Position numbers and translations under genes: made by a program. From Camelus dromedarius (Eukaryota): a stretch of DNA of 64,000 bases. Shown piece after piece: positions 1-11,546 of this stretch. The DNA is taken from the NCBI RefSeq assembly GCF_036321535.1, contig NC_087436.1, positions 35,094,001-35,158,000 of the forward strand. The letters are read 5' to 3'. The notes under the pieces were generated by a model. It had not been told where the DNA came from, made no database searches, and was given only the letters and a program-made list of their open reading frames with translations. Every line of letters starts with the position of its first letter. The first letter of the stretch is position 1.

Positions 1-390
1 CACAGTAGATATAAAATAGTGAGAAAGCCTCAACCAACATTTTCATTGCTATCATGCATAAAATACAATTTCTTTTAATCTAAGAATATTTCAAGTATGT
101 ACTTATTATCACAATTTTAACTCATGAATTTGTGCATTCTTACTTTCAAATATTAACTAAGAAGAAAATAACAATTAATCCTATCATCTCTTGAAAGTAT
201 GAACAGTAAAGGGATATAATTCCTAAAGACCAAGAATTCTTATCCAGTGTAGCTTCTGGATGACAATTTGTCCATTCATACCATCCATAGCCATCGAAAA
301 ACAAAACATGCCTTTGAGTTCTCTGCTACTAAATCTAAGAGACACCAATAAAAGCAAGTTTCGAGGATGCAGTTCAGTCTTCTGTTAGAG

Positions 391-537
391 CAATGATTCT
401 CAAAATGTGGTCCCCAAACAAGCAGCATCAGCCTTATCACTGAATAAGATCAGAAACGGTAGGGGTGGCACCCAGGAATCTGTGCTTTAACAAGCCCTCT
501 AAGTCCTCTACGTGATTCTGATGTATGCTAAAGTTTT
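391..537. mobile_element. MER5A-like hAT-Charlie MITE
   Basis: CAATGATTCTCAAAATGTGGTCCC...AGCAGCATCAGC...AATCTGTGCTTTAACAAGCCCTC...GATTCTGATGTATGCTAAAGTTT resembles the MER5A consensus. Confidence 0.8.
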
Positions 538-1039
538 TATAAGTTAGTAATTACTGATAAACTATAATTAGACAGACTCCTGTTTTATGAGCTGGTCTAT
601 GTACTCTCAGTACTAAATAAACCTACCTCCAACTTCCTCAGAAGTGATTGCATCTAAATCCACATCCTCCATGGGCACCGATGTAGAAAGCTCAGGGATA
701 GGAAGGAGTACCAAGACTCAGCTAAGGTAAAGAAAGGGCTGCGATGCAGGAAGGATGGCCAAGTTCTGAAAGGATGGCCCATGCCTGTGTTGAACATTCT
801 AACCATGAGGGTGCAAGGTAGCACATTTCAGATACTGAAACCAGATGAGAAGAAACTGGTGCTAGAGTAAGAGAAGTGTCAAAGTAAATTAGGTTAAGCA
901 TATTTTTTCCGAGGCCAGATAGGATTCTTCCCCAATTGGTGACCTCATTGTAAATCTCCATAATCAAGACTTGCTCTCAGTATAACCCATACTTATTAAG
1001 GGAAATATGTGAGACCTTTAACTTCCAATCCCTCTCTTC

Positions 1040-1500
1040 TACATTATTTCTAAACTTTTCCTTTCTAACCCATCAAGCATATGCTGCCTTTGTTTATCTT
1101 CTAAATGCTTCTAAAGAGGAGTTTGAGTTGTATTATTCCACTGTCTAAAAGTTTGCAGGGCTCTTATTTTTCCATAGCTATGAATACCCTTGTCAACTTG
1201 GCATTTAGGCCCTGTAACATGGATGTCAATTACTTTTCCATTCTTACCTATAACTGTTTATCAATATGCATGCTGTTTCCACTAAATTGGACTATTTACC
1301 CTTTCCTGAATACTCCCAATGTTCTCTCCAATGTTATCCTGCCTTATTCTGTTCTCTCCAACTCTCTAGTGATTCCTGCTGCATAATACCTTTGGTAGGA
1401 TGTGATCCCACCCTCTCACTTGGATCTTTATTACTGTCTGTATTTGTCCTATAACGTTCTACTACAAATCTTACTTATTTCTGAATAGTGTGGTAAGTGT
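1040..1500 (+). mobile_element. L2 LINE fragment (decayed)
   Basis: Pyrimidine-rich text resembling the L2 3' region; boundaries approximate. Confidence 0.5.
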
Positions 1501-1679
1501 GGTAGGATGAGAATTGAACCTTGGTTTTCTCAACACATAAAATTAGAGTTATAATATAGACCTCACAGATCTTTTTAAATAAGGTAGTGAATTAGTATAA
1601 TTTTGGTTATATTTATTAACTTTTAATAGTATTTTTCACTTAAATATAAGGGCATTGAAACATTGAAAGTTATTGAAAC

Positions 1680-2010
1680 ATTCATTCCAAGGTCTCTCTT
1701 TAGTGACATTCATTTCTTTATTCAGAATTTTTTATTATTAATCTTCTACATGTTAATTTCTTATTAGATCACCAAACAGAGTAAGTTGGTGCTTTTGTGG
1801 AACATTCACTAAAGAGGGAGAAAGAGACAATACGGGGAAAAAAATACTATAATGTTTATAATAAAAAGCATTATACAAAAATAAATCAGGACAAGAGATA
1901 AAGAGTGACTGGCAGGGGTGGCACTGTAATTTTAGGTAAAGTGGTCAGAGGACATCCTTCAGGCAGTCAGCCATTTTAGCAGTGACCTGAGTCACTGCAA
2001 ATAACACGCA
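1680..2010 (-). mobile_element. L2 LINE 3' fragment
   Basis: CATTCATTC tail followed by the antisense L2 pattern (AAAGTGGTCAGAGGAC...AGCAGTGACCTGAG). Confidence 0.5.
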
Positions 2011-4280
2011 AGGGTCAAGTCTCTGATAATCTGGTAAAAGACACTGCAGTAAGCAGACACTGAAAAATAAAGAAAATTCCTACAAAGATCAGGAAATATT
2101 CTAAGGAAGTCTGCTTAACAAATGTTCCTGCCCAGCTGGGCAAGCTTTTAGCTATTTTGGCTCAGTGTCCAAAGTTCTGCAGGCTTAAGCTAACCAACCC
2201 TCCCAGATTGGGGTTTTGCTTGCCACATGTTGAAGGTCAGAGGATGTGAGTGTGGGAAAGCTTCTCTCCTGAGTAAGAACACTCTGAGTGGTATCTGATG
2301 AATTCCTCTTCTGATGTGAACAAATACTTCCTTTACTTTGTGTGCTTTAAATTGATGCCAGATTCATCAAACTGCGTGTGCTTCTTGCTATTCTTTTTCT
2401 CCATTTTCCTTGTCTGCAAATCTTGAGCATATTCACATACATCATTTAACTAAACAAACAGGCATTACAGTAGCCTGTTCTAATTCTTTGTTGTTTCTGG
2501 GGCTAGACAAGTTTCTAATTTGAGTTTCTTGACACATTTCCTAATGAGAAGACATTATGTACTTTCAGTGTATGTTCCTTATAAAGGGGTTTTAGTTTTT
2601 AACTCTCATACATTTGATTAAGATAAGAATCAACCCTTCACTCTGTTTTACATTATTTACAAGTGAGTAAGACCAAGAAATTGACATTTACCATAACAAA
2701 TAAATGTTAACCACTTAAAATGTGACTAAATTACTTAATTCTTTTGCCATTTTTAAGTATAAGTATATTGGCCAGATGTCCACTCTTACTGTGTTAAAAG
2801 AAAAACAGCAAAATGAAAAAAAATTAATTATACTTGTTATGTAAATACACTGCATAAGCCAATTGTATTTCAAAATATTTATATATATATATTAGTGTGT
2901 TCTTCAAAACGTTGACACATCTCACCTTTGCTCTCAGTTTATTTGTAGAGCAATGAAATTGCTTAAATAAATTGCTGCCGCCAATCCCAGTCCTCTACCT
3001 GACTCTGTTGGCAAAACTTCTGTTACACTTTAAAAATTAGTGAAGCAGTAGCTAAAAGGAACTACCTGTAAAACTCTCAATAAATAATTGCTTAAAGAAT
3101 GATCAACAGACCAAAGCATTAACACTCGACATTGAACCTATTTGCTCTTCCTCCAAATCTGTGACCACACACAGATCTTTGGGTAAAAGTAAAACTCTTC
3201 TTCTGGCACAAAGCTCTGGGAAAACCTCATCACAAAAAAAGGCAGGAAGAGGGGGTTCTAGACCTGTCTCTGCTGCTACAATTTGTGTGGTCTCAAATAC
3301 ACTCAAGCCTTTTTGAACTCCACTTTTACGGTTTGTAACAGGATGGTTTGGTCTACGTGACACCCGGGGTTCTTTGCGGTTTTAAATTTCTGACCCTAAG
3401 GTTTCCCTTAGCCTGCCTGTTTCCAGTCAGCACACAGTCTGGGTCCCCTTTAATAGCTCTCCCTCGTGGAGGCTGATTTATGAGCTGGATTCATTGCTCC
3501 TTCATTTCGGGGATTTGTAAATACATAGGAATGAGCTTGGGGGCCTAGGCAGGAGGAGAGATGCTTTTTTGGGGGCTAGGTGGGGAGTTACACACCTTTC
3601 ACCACCACACTTAAGAGCAAACAATTTGCTTGAGTTTCTATTACTGTGTAACTCTCAGCAGGAAAGTACCTTGGGGTGAGTATTAAAAAAGGAACTGCTG
3701 AGACTCTTCTCTCTTATAAGATTTCTTCAGGCTTGCCATTCAGGCCCAAAATATGTGTTGAAAGATACACCAGAGAATGGTTAAGGCACTTCCATCTGTG
3801 GGAGAACAATACTGAATCCTGGAGGTTCAGTTCAGGCATCCAACCCAGAAGGTAAATGACTTTCTTTGGTGCTACAGAAACACAGCGCAGCCTTGTATTT
3901 TGAGGATTTCACATTCACAGATGGAATACTGGAGATGAGCCCACAGGTCCATAATGTGTCACTGTGAATCTCTGGTTGTAGGACTGATTGATGTCCATGT
4001 TTTTTCAGTGAGAGAAACTAGATGCCTCCCACCATCTGGAGTCTGGTGGGCATTAACTCTAATAAAGATCAGGATGAACAGTTTACAGTTTTGAGTTATA
4101 TTTACTTACTGCATTTAATAAGGTAAATTATATTGAGCTGAGACATCAGAGAATTTTAGGATTCATGCAAGTTTTGGCTTGTATTCTTCATATATATCAA
4201 ACAGGTTCTTCATTTGAAAAAATCTTTGCATACATTTTTTAGAATGTTTGATACCTATAATAAAATGAAATACTTCTTAC

Positions 4281-4627
4281 AGACTGTGTTTGTTTTGCTC
4301 CAAAATTCATATATTGAAATTCTAATCCCTCAATGTGATGGCAGCTGGAGATGGGGCCTTTTGTGTGTAACTGAGCCATGAGGGTGGAACTCCCATAATG
4401 GGATTAGTGTCCTTATACGAAGAGAAAACCTAGAGCCCTCTTTTTCTCAGCCATGTGAAGATACAGTGCGAAGACAGCCATCAGGAAGAGAGTTCTCATC
4501 GGAATCAAATCTGCCTGAACCTTGATCTTGAACTTCCCAGCCTCTAGAACTGTGAAAAGTAAATGTTTGCTGTTCAAGCCACTAAGTCTATAGTAATTTG
4601 TTATGGCAACCTGAGCAGACTAAGACT
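4281..4627 (+). mobile_element. MLT1A-family MaLR solo LTR
   Basis: CCAAAATTCATATATTGAAATTCTAATCCCTCAATGTGATGG...GGGATTAGTGTCCTTATA...CTTGATCTTGAACTTCCCAGCCTCTAGAACTGTGA...GCAGACTAAGAC. Confidence 0.9.
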
Positions 4628-6279
4628 GTGTTTGATCTTTTTCATGGTAACCTTTGTTTACTTCTGAGAAAAAAAAAGGGGTTTGAGAAAAGCAGTTCTG
4701 TGCCTGCTCACTTGAATAATCTGGTATAGACCGCTTCTGTCTTCTCCTTAGGAAATTACCATTTTGGTTTACTGGGCATTTTGATATTTTAAATAACAAG
4801 GTATTCTATTTGAAATACCAAACCAGAAGATAAAATACCTGCTTCTTTAAAGGTCTGAAGTGTCTGCATCTAGTTGAACAGTTCTTTTAAGTTTTCAAAG
4901 GTTACTAATTTAAAAGTAAACTATATGGAACTTTAGTCTGAAAATTAAATTAAAGTATTCTCCTTATAACTAATTGCTGCCCTGCCATTTTTTCCTCATT
5001 TGAAAAAATGTCCTAGTTCATTGAGCTTCTGATACCTAATACATGGAGCTGAATTGTAGATGTGACCAGCAAATTGAGAATTCAATCCCTATCCTTTGCC
5101 TGCAATCCAAATGCAGCACACTCACTGGCCTGCTTCTGGACAGGTGATCTACATAGAAGTCGGATGGTACACGACTCGTCACCTGGAATCCCTTCTGCAG
5201 TCCCTTCTAATTACCGTATCAGTGAAGCGAAATGCCTACTTTCCCATCACATTTCACCATCTTTACACTTTTTCTGAGAATCCATCAGCTCATTGTCTAT
5301 ATTCCTTGCTCTGAATCTACATGGGAATAATTATAATTATCATAGCCATATTGGAGAATTCATAATCTTCATACTGTTTTTCCTTCCTGCCACAAAAGGG
5401 AAACAGAGCATTGATGGTACAGTTATTAAATATTGCCCAAGGCAGGACATTTTGGCTGGCAACATCAGATACCAAACATCCAACTCATGATTTTACTGGT
5501 ACCAATCCCCTGAAGGTATTGTTGAGGTAACCATGGTAAAGTAACCTGTTTTTCTTATACTCATTCATTTTCTAATTAAGGTGAAAAGCATAGCTCTTCT
5601 TGCTTCATGAAAAGTTGGTTTCACAACTCTGAGTTTATAGGAAACTCAATTCCTTTGGTGGAGAAACGTATTAAAACATAAGTTGATTTTTGCAGAAATC
5701 TTTTCAGGGGTTCTATTCAAATCTATTTTGAACCTCAATATGTATCTATCTTCCCAGTAGGCATATATTTACAAAAACAAATAAAAATCTTTTGTCTCCA
5801 GTTGTAGTTACATTTAATGAACTCTTATGACAACAGGCATCTCTTGCTTCCACACAAAACCTCGGGAACTCTCTGATCTTCATATTTTTTTTAATTTCAG
5901 TTTTATAATGAAATTTGTATGTAAAGCCAGAAAATCTAATATAAAACAGGAAATTGGGGACCACAAAATTCTCCCTTGACATTATTTTCCATTAAAGAAC
6001 AACTGGATCACAGATACAGAGCCAAATATATTTAAAAGATACCAAAAATATACCATTGATACCAGGATACAGGAGGACTACAACATTCAGAGCATGCATG
6101 CCTAGTAAAGCCTCCTTTTGTGGGTGTCTCCAGTGAGCGTAAGGCCTACAATTGTAACTCACATCCTATTTTATTTAACTGTTTTTCTCATGTGAGGTTT
6201 CATGCTAACAGCCTCCTTCCAATATTAAACTGAAAAGCCCACACCAGAGCTCCAGCTTCAAAAACATGGGAATTTATAG

Positions 6280-6770
6280 GTGACAGAAAAGTTAGAAATG
6301 ATGTTGTCTGACTTTTTCATTTTACAGATAAGAAAGTGAATGCCTATATAAGCGAATGAATTGCTTTTCATCACTCGTAATTCACTGACTTAACAAATAT
6401 TCAATGAATAGTGTGTGTAAAGCTCTGTCCTAGGAAGTGAAGTTGTAAAAATGAGTAACATAATATCCTGAAAGCAGACACCCTTAAACTGAACACTAAA
6501 CTCACTGAGGTTAGAGCAGGGGCAACAGTAACATATAGAGTAGAGGGAGCAGACCTAACCCATCTTGAAGCAGTCAGGAGAGGCTGAGCAATCTGAGATG
6601 GGTCCTGGAGGATAAGCAAATACTAGCCTGGTGAGCAAAGAGAAAAGGGGTTCAGAGGGAAGGAGCGCTGTGAGCTGTGATGTGGTGGTTAGAAACAGCC
6701 TGCGTCCATGAATGTGAAGCATGAAACAGATCTGAGGCAGCTGCAGGAGATGAGGCTGCAAAGAGAAGCA
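6280..6770. mobile_element. MIR fragment followed by an antisense L2 fragment
   Basis: MIR core TTCATTTTACAGATAAGAAAGTGA near 6317, then L2-like GGCAGTCAGGAGAGG/GAGATGAGGCTGCAAAG-type text. Confidence 0.5.
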
Positions 6771-7699
6771 TTAAATGGCTTTAAGAAATGTTTCAGCTAT
6801 TATGAACAGAGGCTATACGTTTTATGATTTTGGTGAATAATTGTTTTTTCTTTTTTTGTAATAACTTGTGAAATGTTTTCAGAGAGCCACTATCTTCACT
6901 AACCTCATTTGCCTTTCCACTCCTCATCCTTCTGGTAGGACAAAGTTAACTTCTAATCCACTCGTAACTTTCTTTCCTCTCCTCCACTTTCCCACTACAC
7001 AGAGACTTGAAACAGCTTAAAAAACACACACACACACTTCAAATCCATTATTTCTGCTTAAAAGTTTACATCTAGTTGAAAGCGCTTATGTCAGTGCAAA
7101 TGATCAAATCTGAACAATGTCAGCACTCCAGAATTTGGAACATGTAACAACAGAGTGCAGCATTACTTTGCCTCCCTCCAGTCAGACCAGAGGAGTACTT
7201 ACTCCTAAAGAGACTAACTGTTGATTGATGGATACATATGAATGGGAGCTGGACACATGTATAGAGAGGAGTTTTCATTATAAACGATTCCTGCTGTTAA
7301 TGTACCTGAGATAAGAGTTTTTGAGCAAAGAAAAAAACCCTATGGAAATAGTTCCCTTCCCACAACCCTCCCTTACACTTTCACTTCAACATTTCCCAGG
7401 TGCATGGTTTCATTATGACAAGGGTTTCAGTGTTGAAAGAAAGTCCTAATTACTTAGTAGGAAACACTGAAGCTGCTACTTAAGGGCACAGCTACTTTAG
7501 CCACTCCTGACTTTAAATTGTGAAAAATGAGAAATTAAACACATGTATTTTCTATAAAGGCCTCTGTGATGGTTTTCACGATCTTCTACAGCCCATCTTG
7601 AGAAGCCACTCACTGGCCTTCTATCCCTTTCCAAATAAAACCACACTGGAAATAAGGTCACACTTAATAGCAGGACATATATGTATTTTGCCATGGATC

Positions 7700-7830
7700 C
7701 AGGCTATAGTCTACGGGAGACAGTACAGCAAAGAGATTAAGAATTTTGGAATCAGAAAAACTTGAGAAAAAAAATCCTTCTTTAGTTATTTACTAACTAT
7801 GTAACAATGTTCAAATTAATTATACCATGT
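7700..7830. mobile_element. MIR SINE fragment
   Basis: GAGACAGTACAGC...TTAAGAATTTTGGAATCAGA...TTTACTAACTATGTAAC resembles MIR. Confidence 0.5.
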
Positions 7831-7859
7831 CAGGTTTGGTATTTATATTATGCTAGATA

Positions 7860-9700
7860 TACACAAATTCCAGAGAACTTGTGTAAAGTTGGCAATTTTT
7901 CTTTCTTAAATATTTAGTAGGGCTCCTGTGGAAAAAAAAAAAAGCTTTAAGGTTTCTTATGGGAAATTTTTTATTACAAATTTAATCTCAGTAGCTAGAA
8001 AAGTAAGTGGTAATAAGAAGTGCTTTTCTAGGAACTTTGCCATATCATCTAAATTTTCAAATGCATTGCTATAAAACTTTATAATATCATCTTATAATCT
8101 TTTGTTATCGTAAAGATGTATAGGGCTGTTACTTTTAAAAATTCATGAAATTGGTAATTTGTATTCATTTTTTAAAATTACTTGATCAATATCCCCAATT
8201 TTATTAGTTTATTCAAAGAAAAGACTTGGCTTCATTGATCTTCTCTATTGTATATACGTTGTCCAATGTATTTTTTCTGTTTTTATCTTATTTTCTTCTT
8301 TCTACTTTTTCTGGTTCAAGTTGCTATTACTTTTCTAGTTTCTTGAGATTAATTCTTAGATCATCAATTATAAGCCTTCTTCTTTTCTAATATATACATT
8401 TAAGAATATATACCTCCATTAAAAACTTGGTTTTGGTTGCGTTACACAGTATTGAAATATAATATTTAAATATCATTTAGTTCAAGTTAACTTCTAATTT
8501 CCTTAGTGATTTCTTTTTTGGTATATATTGGTCATTTAAAATGTATTTCTTAATTTTAAAAAATGGTGGGACTTCTATCTTTTATTGTTTTCTGGCATAA
8601 TGTAATTGTGGTCAGGGGACATGTATTACATGATTTCAACTTTAAAAACGTATTACAATGTGCTTTATGACCTCATATATGGTCAATTTTTCAATGTTTC
8701 CTGCACCTAAAAATGTGTACTCTGTGGTCAAAGTTATATATTTATCACACGTGTTAGTCCAAATTTGTTCATTGTGCTGCTCAAGTCTTTTGTATCTTCC
8801 ATTACATTTTGTCTAATTGTTCCATCAATTACTGAGGGAGTTTTATTAGAACAGTCATCTCTGATTTAGGATTTGTATAATTCTCCTTCTAGGTGTATCT
8901 ATCTTTACTTTATATTTTAAGGCCATGTATTAGGTGCAAGAAAATTAGGATAGTTATAGGTAATCAATGAATCCAGTTTATTAGCATCATACGGTGATGT
9001 TCTTTTCATGTAATAATGCCTTATGCCTTAAAATCTGCTTTGTCTGATATTATATAACTACTATGATTTTTTACTCTGCTTATAAGTTTTCAATACACTT
9101 TTATTTTCACCCTTTCTTTATCCTTACATTTTACCTGTTCTACATATTTTATATTCCTGCGTCAGAGGGTAACACCACCACCTATCTATTACCTAGTTAG
9201 AACTTTTTAATCCAGTCAGGTATTTTTGGTCTTTTACCTATAGTAACTAGTCCATTTTAATTTATTCTAAATCAATACATTTGGTGACATATTTTGGAAT
9301 TGTAACTATCTTATTTACTATGTACTTTCTAGGTCTCTACTTTTCTTGAATTGACAGAGTACTTGTATCTTTCCATTTTTTAATGAAAGTTTTATATCAT
9401 ATGTCTATTGTTATAGTGGTTACCATAGAAATAACTATAGGTATTGATTGAAAATTTTATCGTTTTCCTGAATAGTGTAAAAGTTTTAGAACAGCTGCTC
9501 CAAACATGCATGCCATCGTGTACCTTAATTACATACAGAAATATAATTTTAAATCTTCCAAGATATTATTACTGTTGTTTTCTATACATCAACACACATT
9601 TATATTTACCTATATATTAACGCTTTTTATGTTAATTTCTTCCTGCATTGCCGTATTTTTTACTTTGTGTATTTCTTTCATTTGAAGAACATCATTTAAA
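7860..9700 (-). mobile_element. Old L1M LINE-1 fragment (antisense)
   Basis: T-rich antisense L1 text, e.g. TGTAATTGTGGTCAGGG, ATATGGTCAATTTTT, AAAATCTGCTTTGTCTGATATTA. Confidence 0.75.
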
Positions 9701-9719
9701 AACATCTGTTGCTTTTTTA

Positions 9720-10520
9720 GCTTCCCATTGCAGAGAAACTAAAGATACATTTGTGTTCATAAGTGAACATGTCTTGTGCCACACTGAAAGACTGCACTGT
9801 GAAGAAGCACGTGTTTCTAGAAATTATGAAATGTATTCATAAATTTGCCAATCTAAAAAAAATAGTAATATGGCATACGGTCCACAATTGCTTACTTCTT
9901 AGTTTTCACTAGAAATTACAGTTTCTAAGCATTAAGAATTCTAATTAACATATGGAATTAAAGCTACTAGAAATTAAAAGGGAAACCTCTCTGTGCAAGG
10001 AAAGTAGGATGTGTTTTTTTGGCAGAGAAAAGGTATGAGGCATGAAGATGCATTCTTGTTAAGGGAAATGGGAGGAATTTTACCTTAATTAAAACTTTTG
10101 GTCATTTCAGCATAGGAATGAAGAAAATGAAGAACAAACTATGGATGTAGAAAGTTGGGTAAAGAGAGAAGAAAAAAGAGAGAGAAGGAATCTTGTATAA
10201 TCAAGCTGGCTAAAACTGAATTGTTATTGTGGGGGGGTTTAAGAATGAGCTTTAATATCAATAGTGTACTTCTGTACAATTATCACTTAATTTTCTTTAT
10301 CTGCTTAAAGAACAAAGTTTTCTTGGGCTATTGGTCTGCTCTTGGTAATAAGAAATTATGAAAGGTTTTTCTTTACTCTTTAAAGTAATCCATCTGGAAA
10401 CAAGGATTCTATATTTTGCCAAAATAGTTTCTTGTGTTTATCAGGGTTTTGATTACTTAAACCTGGTACCCTGACATTAAAAGAGCTAAGTTTTACTCAC
10501 AACTACGCAACCTTCTGAAA
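9720..10520 (+). mobile_element. ERV1 MER4-group internal-region fragment
   Basis: AT-rich segment typical of non-autonomous ERV1 internals: CAAGCTGGCTAAAACTG, GAGCTTTAATATCAA, TATTGGTCTGCTCTTGGTAA, TTTGATTACTTA, ATTAAAAGAGCTAAG, CAACTACGCAACCTTCTG. Confidence 0.7.
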
Positions 10521-10569
10521 CTGCTGTCATCAAAACTGAGATTTACGCCAAAAGGACTAAGCTCCTTTC

Positions 10570-11110
10570 TCTTTCAGCAAAGCTGTCCCCAACCCAGCAA
10601 TCTCTGTAGCACTGTTTATACTCATGCCTTTGCTTGTAATTTCTTTCCAATAACTTCTTACTAGACAAATTCTATTTCTAAATTCTTTAACTCATTTACA
10701 ATCAATCTCATGGAATGAGTAGTCCATGTACAATTCTTGTTTCCATCTCTTCTTATCTTATTTACACAGCGTACTACGGTTTTTTTCCTGCCTCCTTCAC
10801 TTCATTGGAATTCCTCCCACTAAAATAACCAGAACCTAATTGCTAAATATGGTGGTCATTTTTCAATTTTTATTTAACACTTTTTATAATGCATTGCTAC
10901 TTAAAATATTATTTCTTCTTTCTTTTACTTTATGACACCTATCTTTAGGTTTTTTTCTCCACTTTCTGTGAAAACCTCCTTCAAATAATCACCAGCCAGT
11001 CAACCTGGGCAGACCCATTAAATGTTGGTTTAGGTACATAAAATCTAGTAACTTCAAAATTAAATCATTTTCTCTCCCTCCATTCTATCCAAACATATTG
11101 CCTTTCTAGT
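10570..11110 (+). mobile_element. L2 LINE fragment
   Basis: L2-like text (CTAATTGCTAAAT...GGTCATTTTTCA, CCATTAAATGTTGG). Confidence 0.5.
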
Positions 11111-11154
11111 TCTTGGATCTATGTCCAATTCTTAAAGTCTTAACACAGGAAGCT

Positions 11155-11546
11155 TTTAAAAGAACAAAATTTAACTGAAAAAATTTGAAGATCTAATTGG
11201 CTTTTATTCAATAACTTATGAATCAGGCAGCATACCATCTAGTAAATAAAAAAGCCCCCTAGTACCCATATAAAAAGGAAGGCTTTTACAGAAATAGGGG
11301 CAGGACAAGGGGGGTTATTAGCAAAAAGAAAAGAGATTTGTTTTAGGCTAGGTCACCTTCCTTTAGGAAGAAGTTCAGGGGGTCATATTGTGCATATTAC
11401 CTCACTAATGCTGACCAGGAAATTCCAAGCTGACTGGTTTAAAATTCCACTTGTGAGAGGCTGAAACTGCAGTTAGGCTAGGTATTAAGTCTTGGTGAGG
11501 TCCAGTAGAAGTGACTCCACTTGGGAATTACAGTTTCTTTTTAACA
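11155..11546 (-). mobile_element. ERV1-class LTR (3' LTR with adjacent polypurine tract)
   Basis: Minus strand starts TGTTAAAAAGAAA, has GAATAAAAGCCAATTAGATC polyA signal near its end, and is preceded by TTGACCAAAAACGGGAAAA. Confidence 0.8.
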
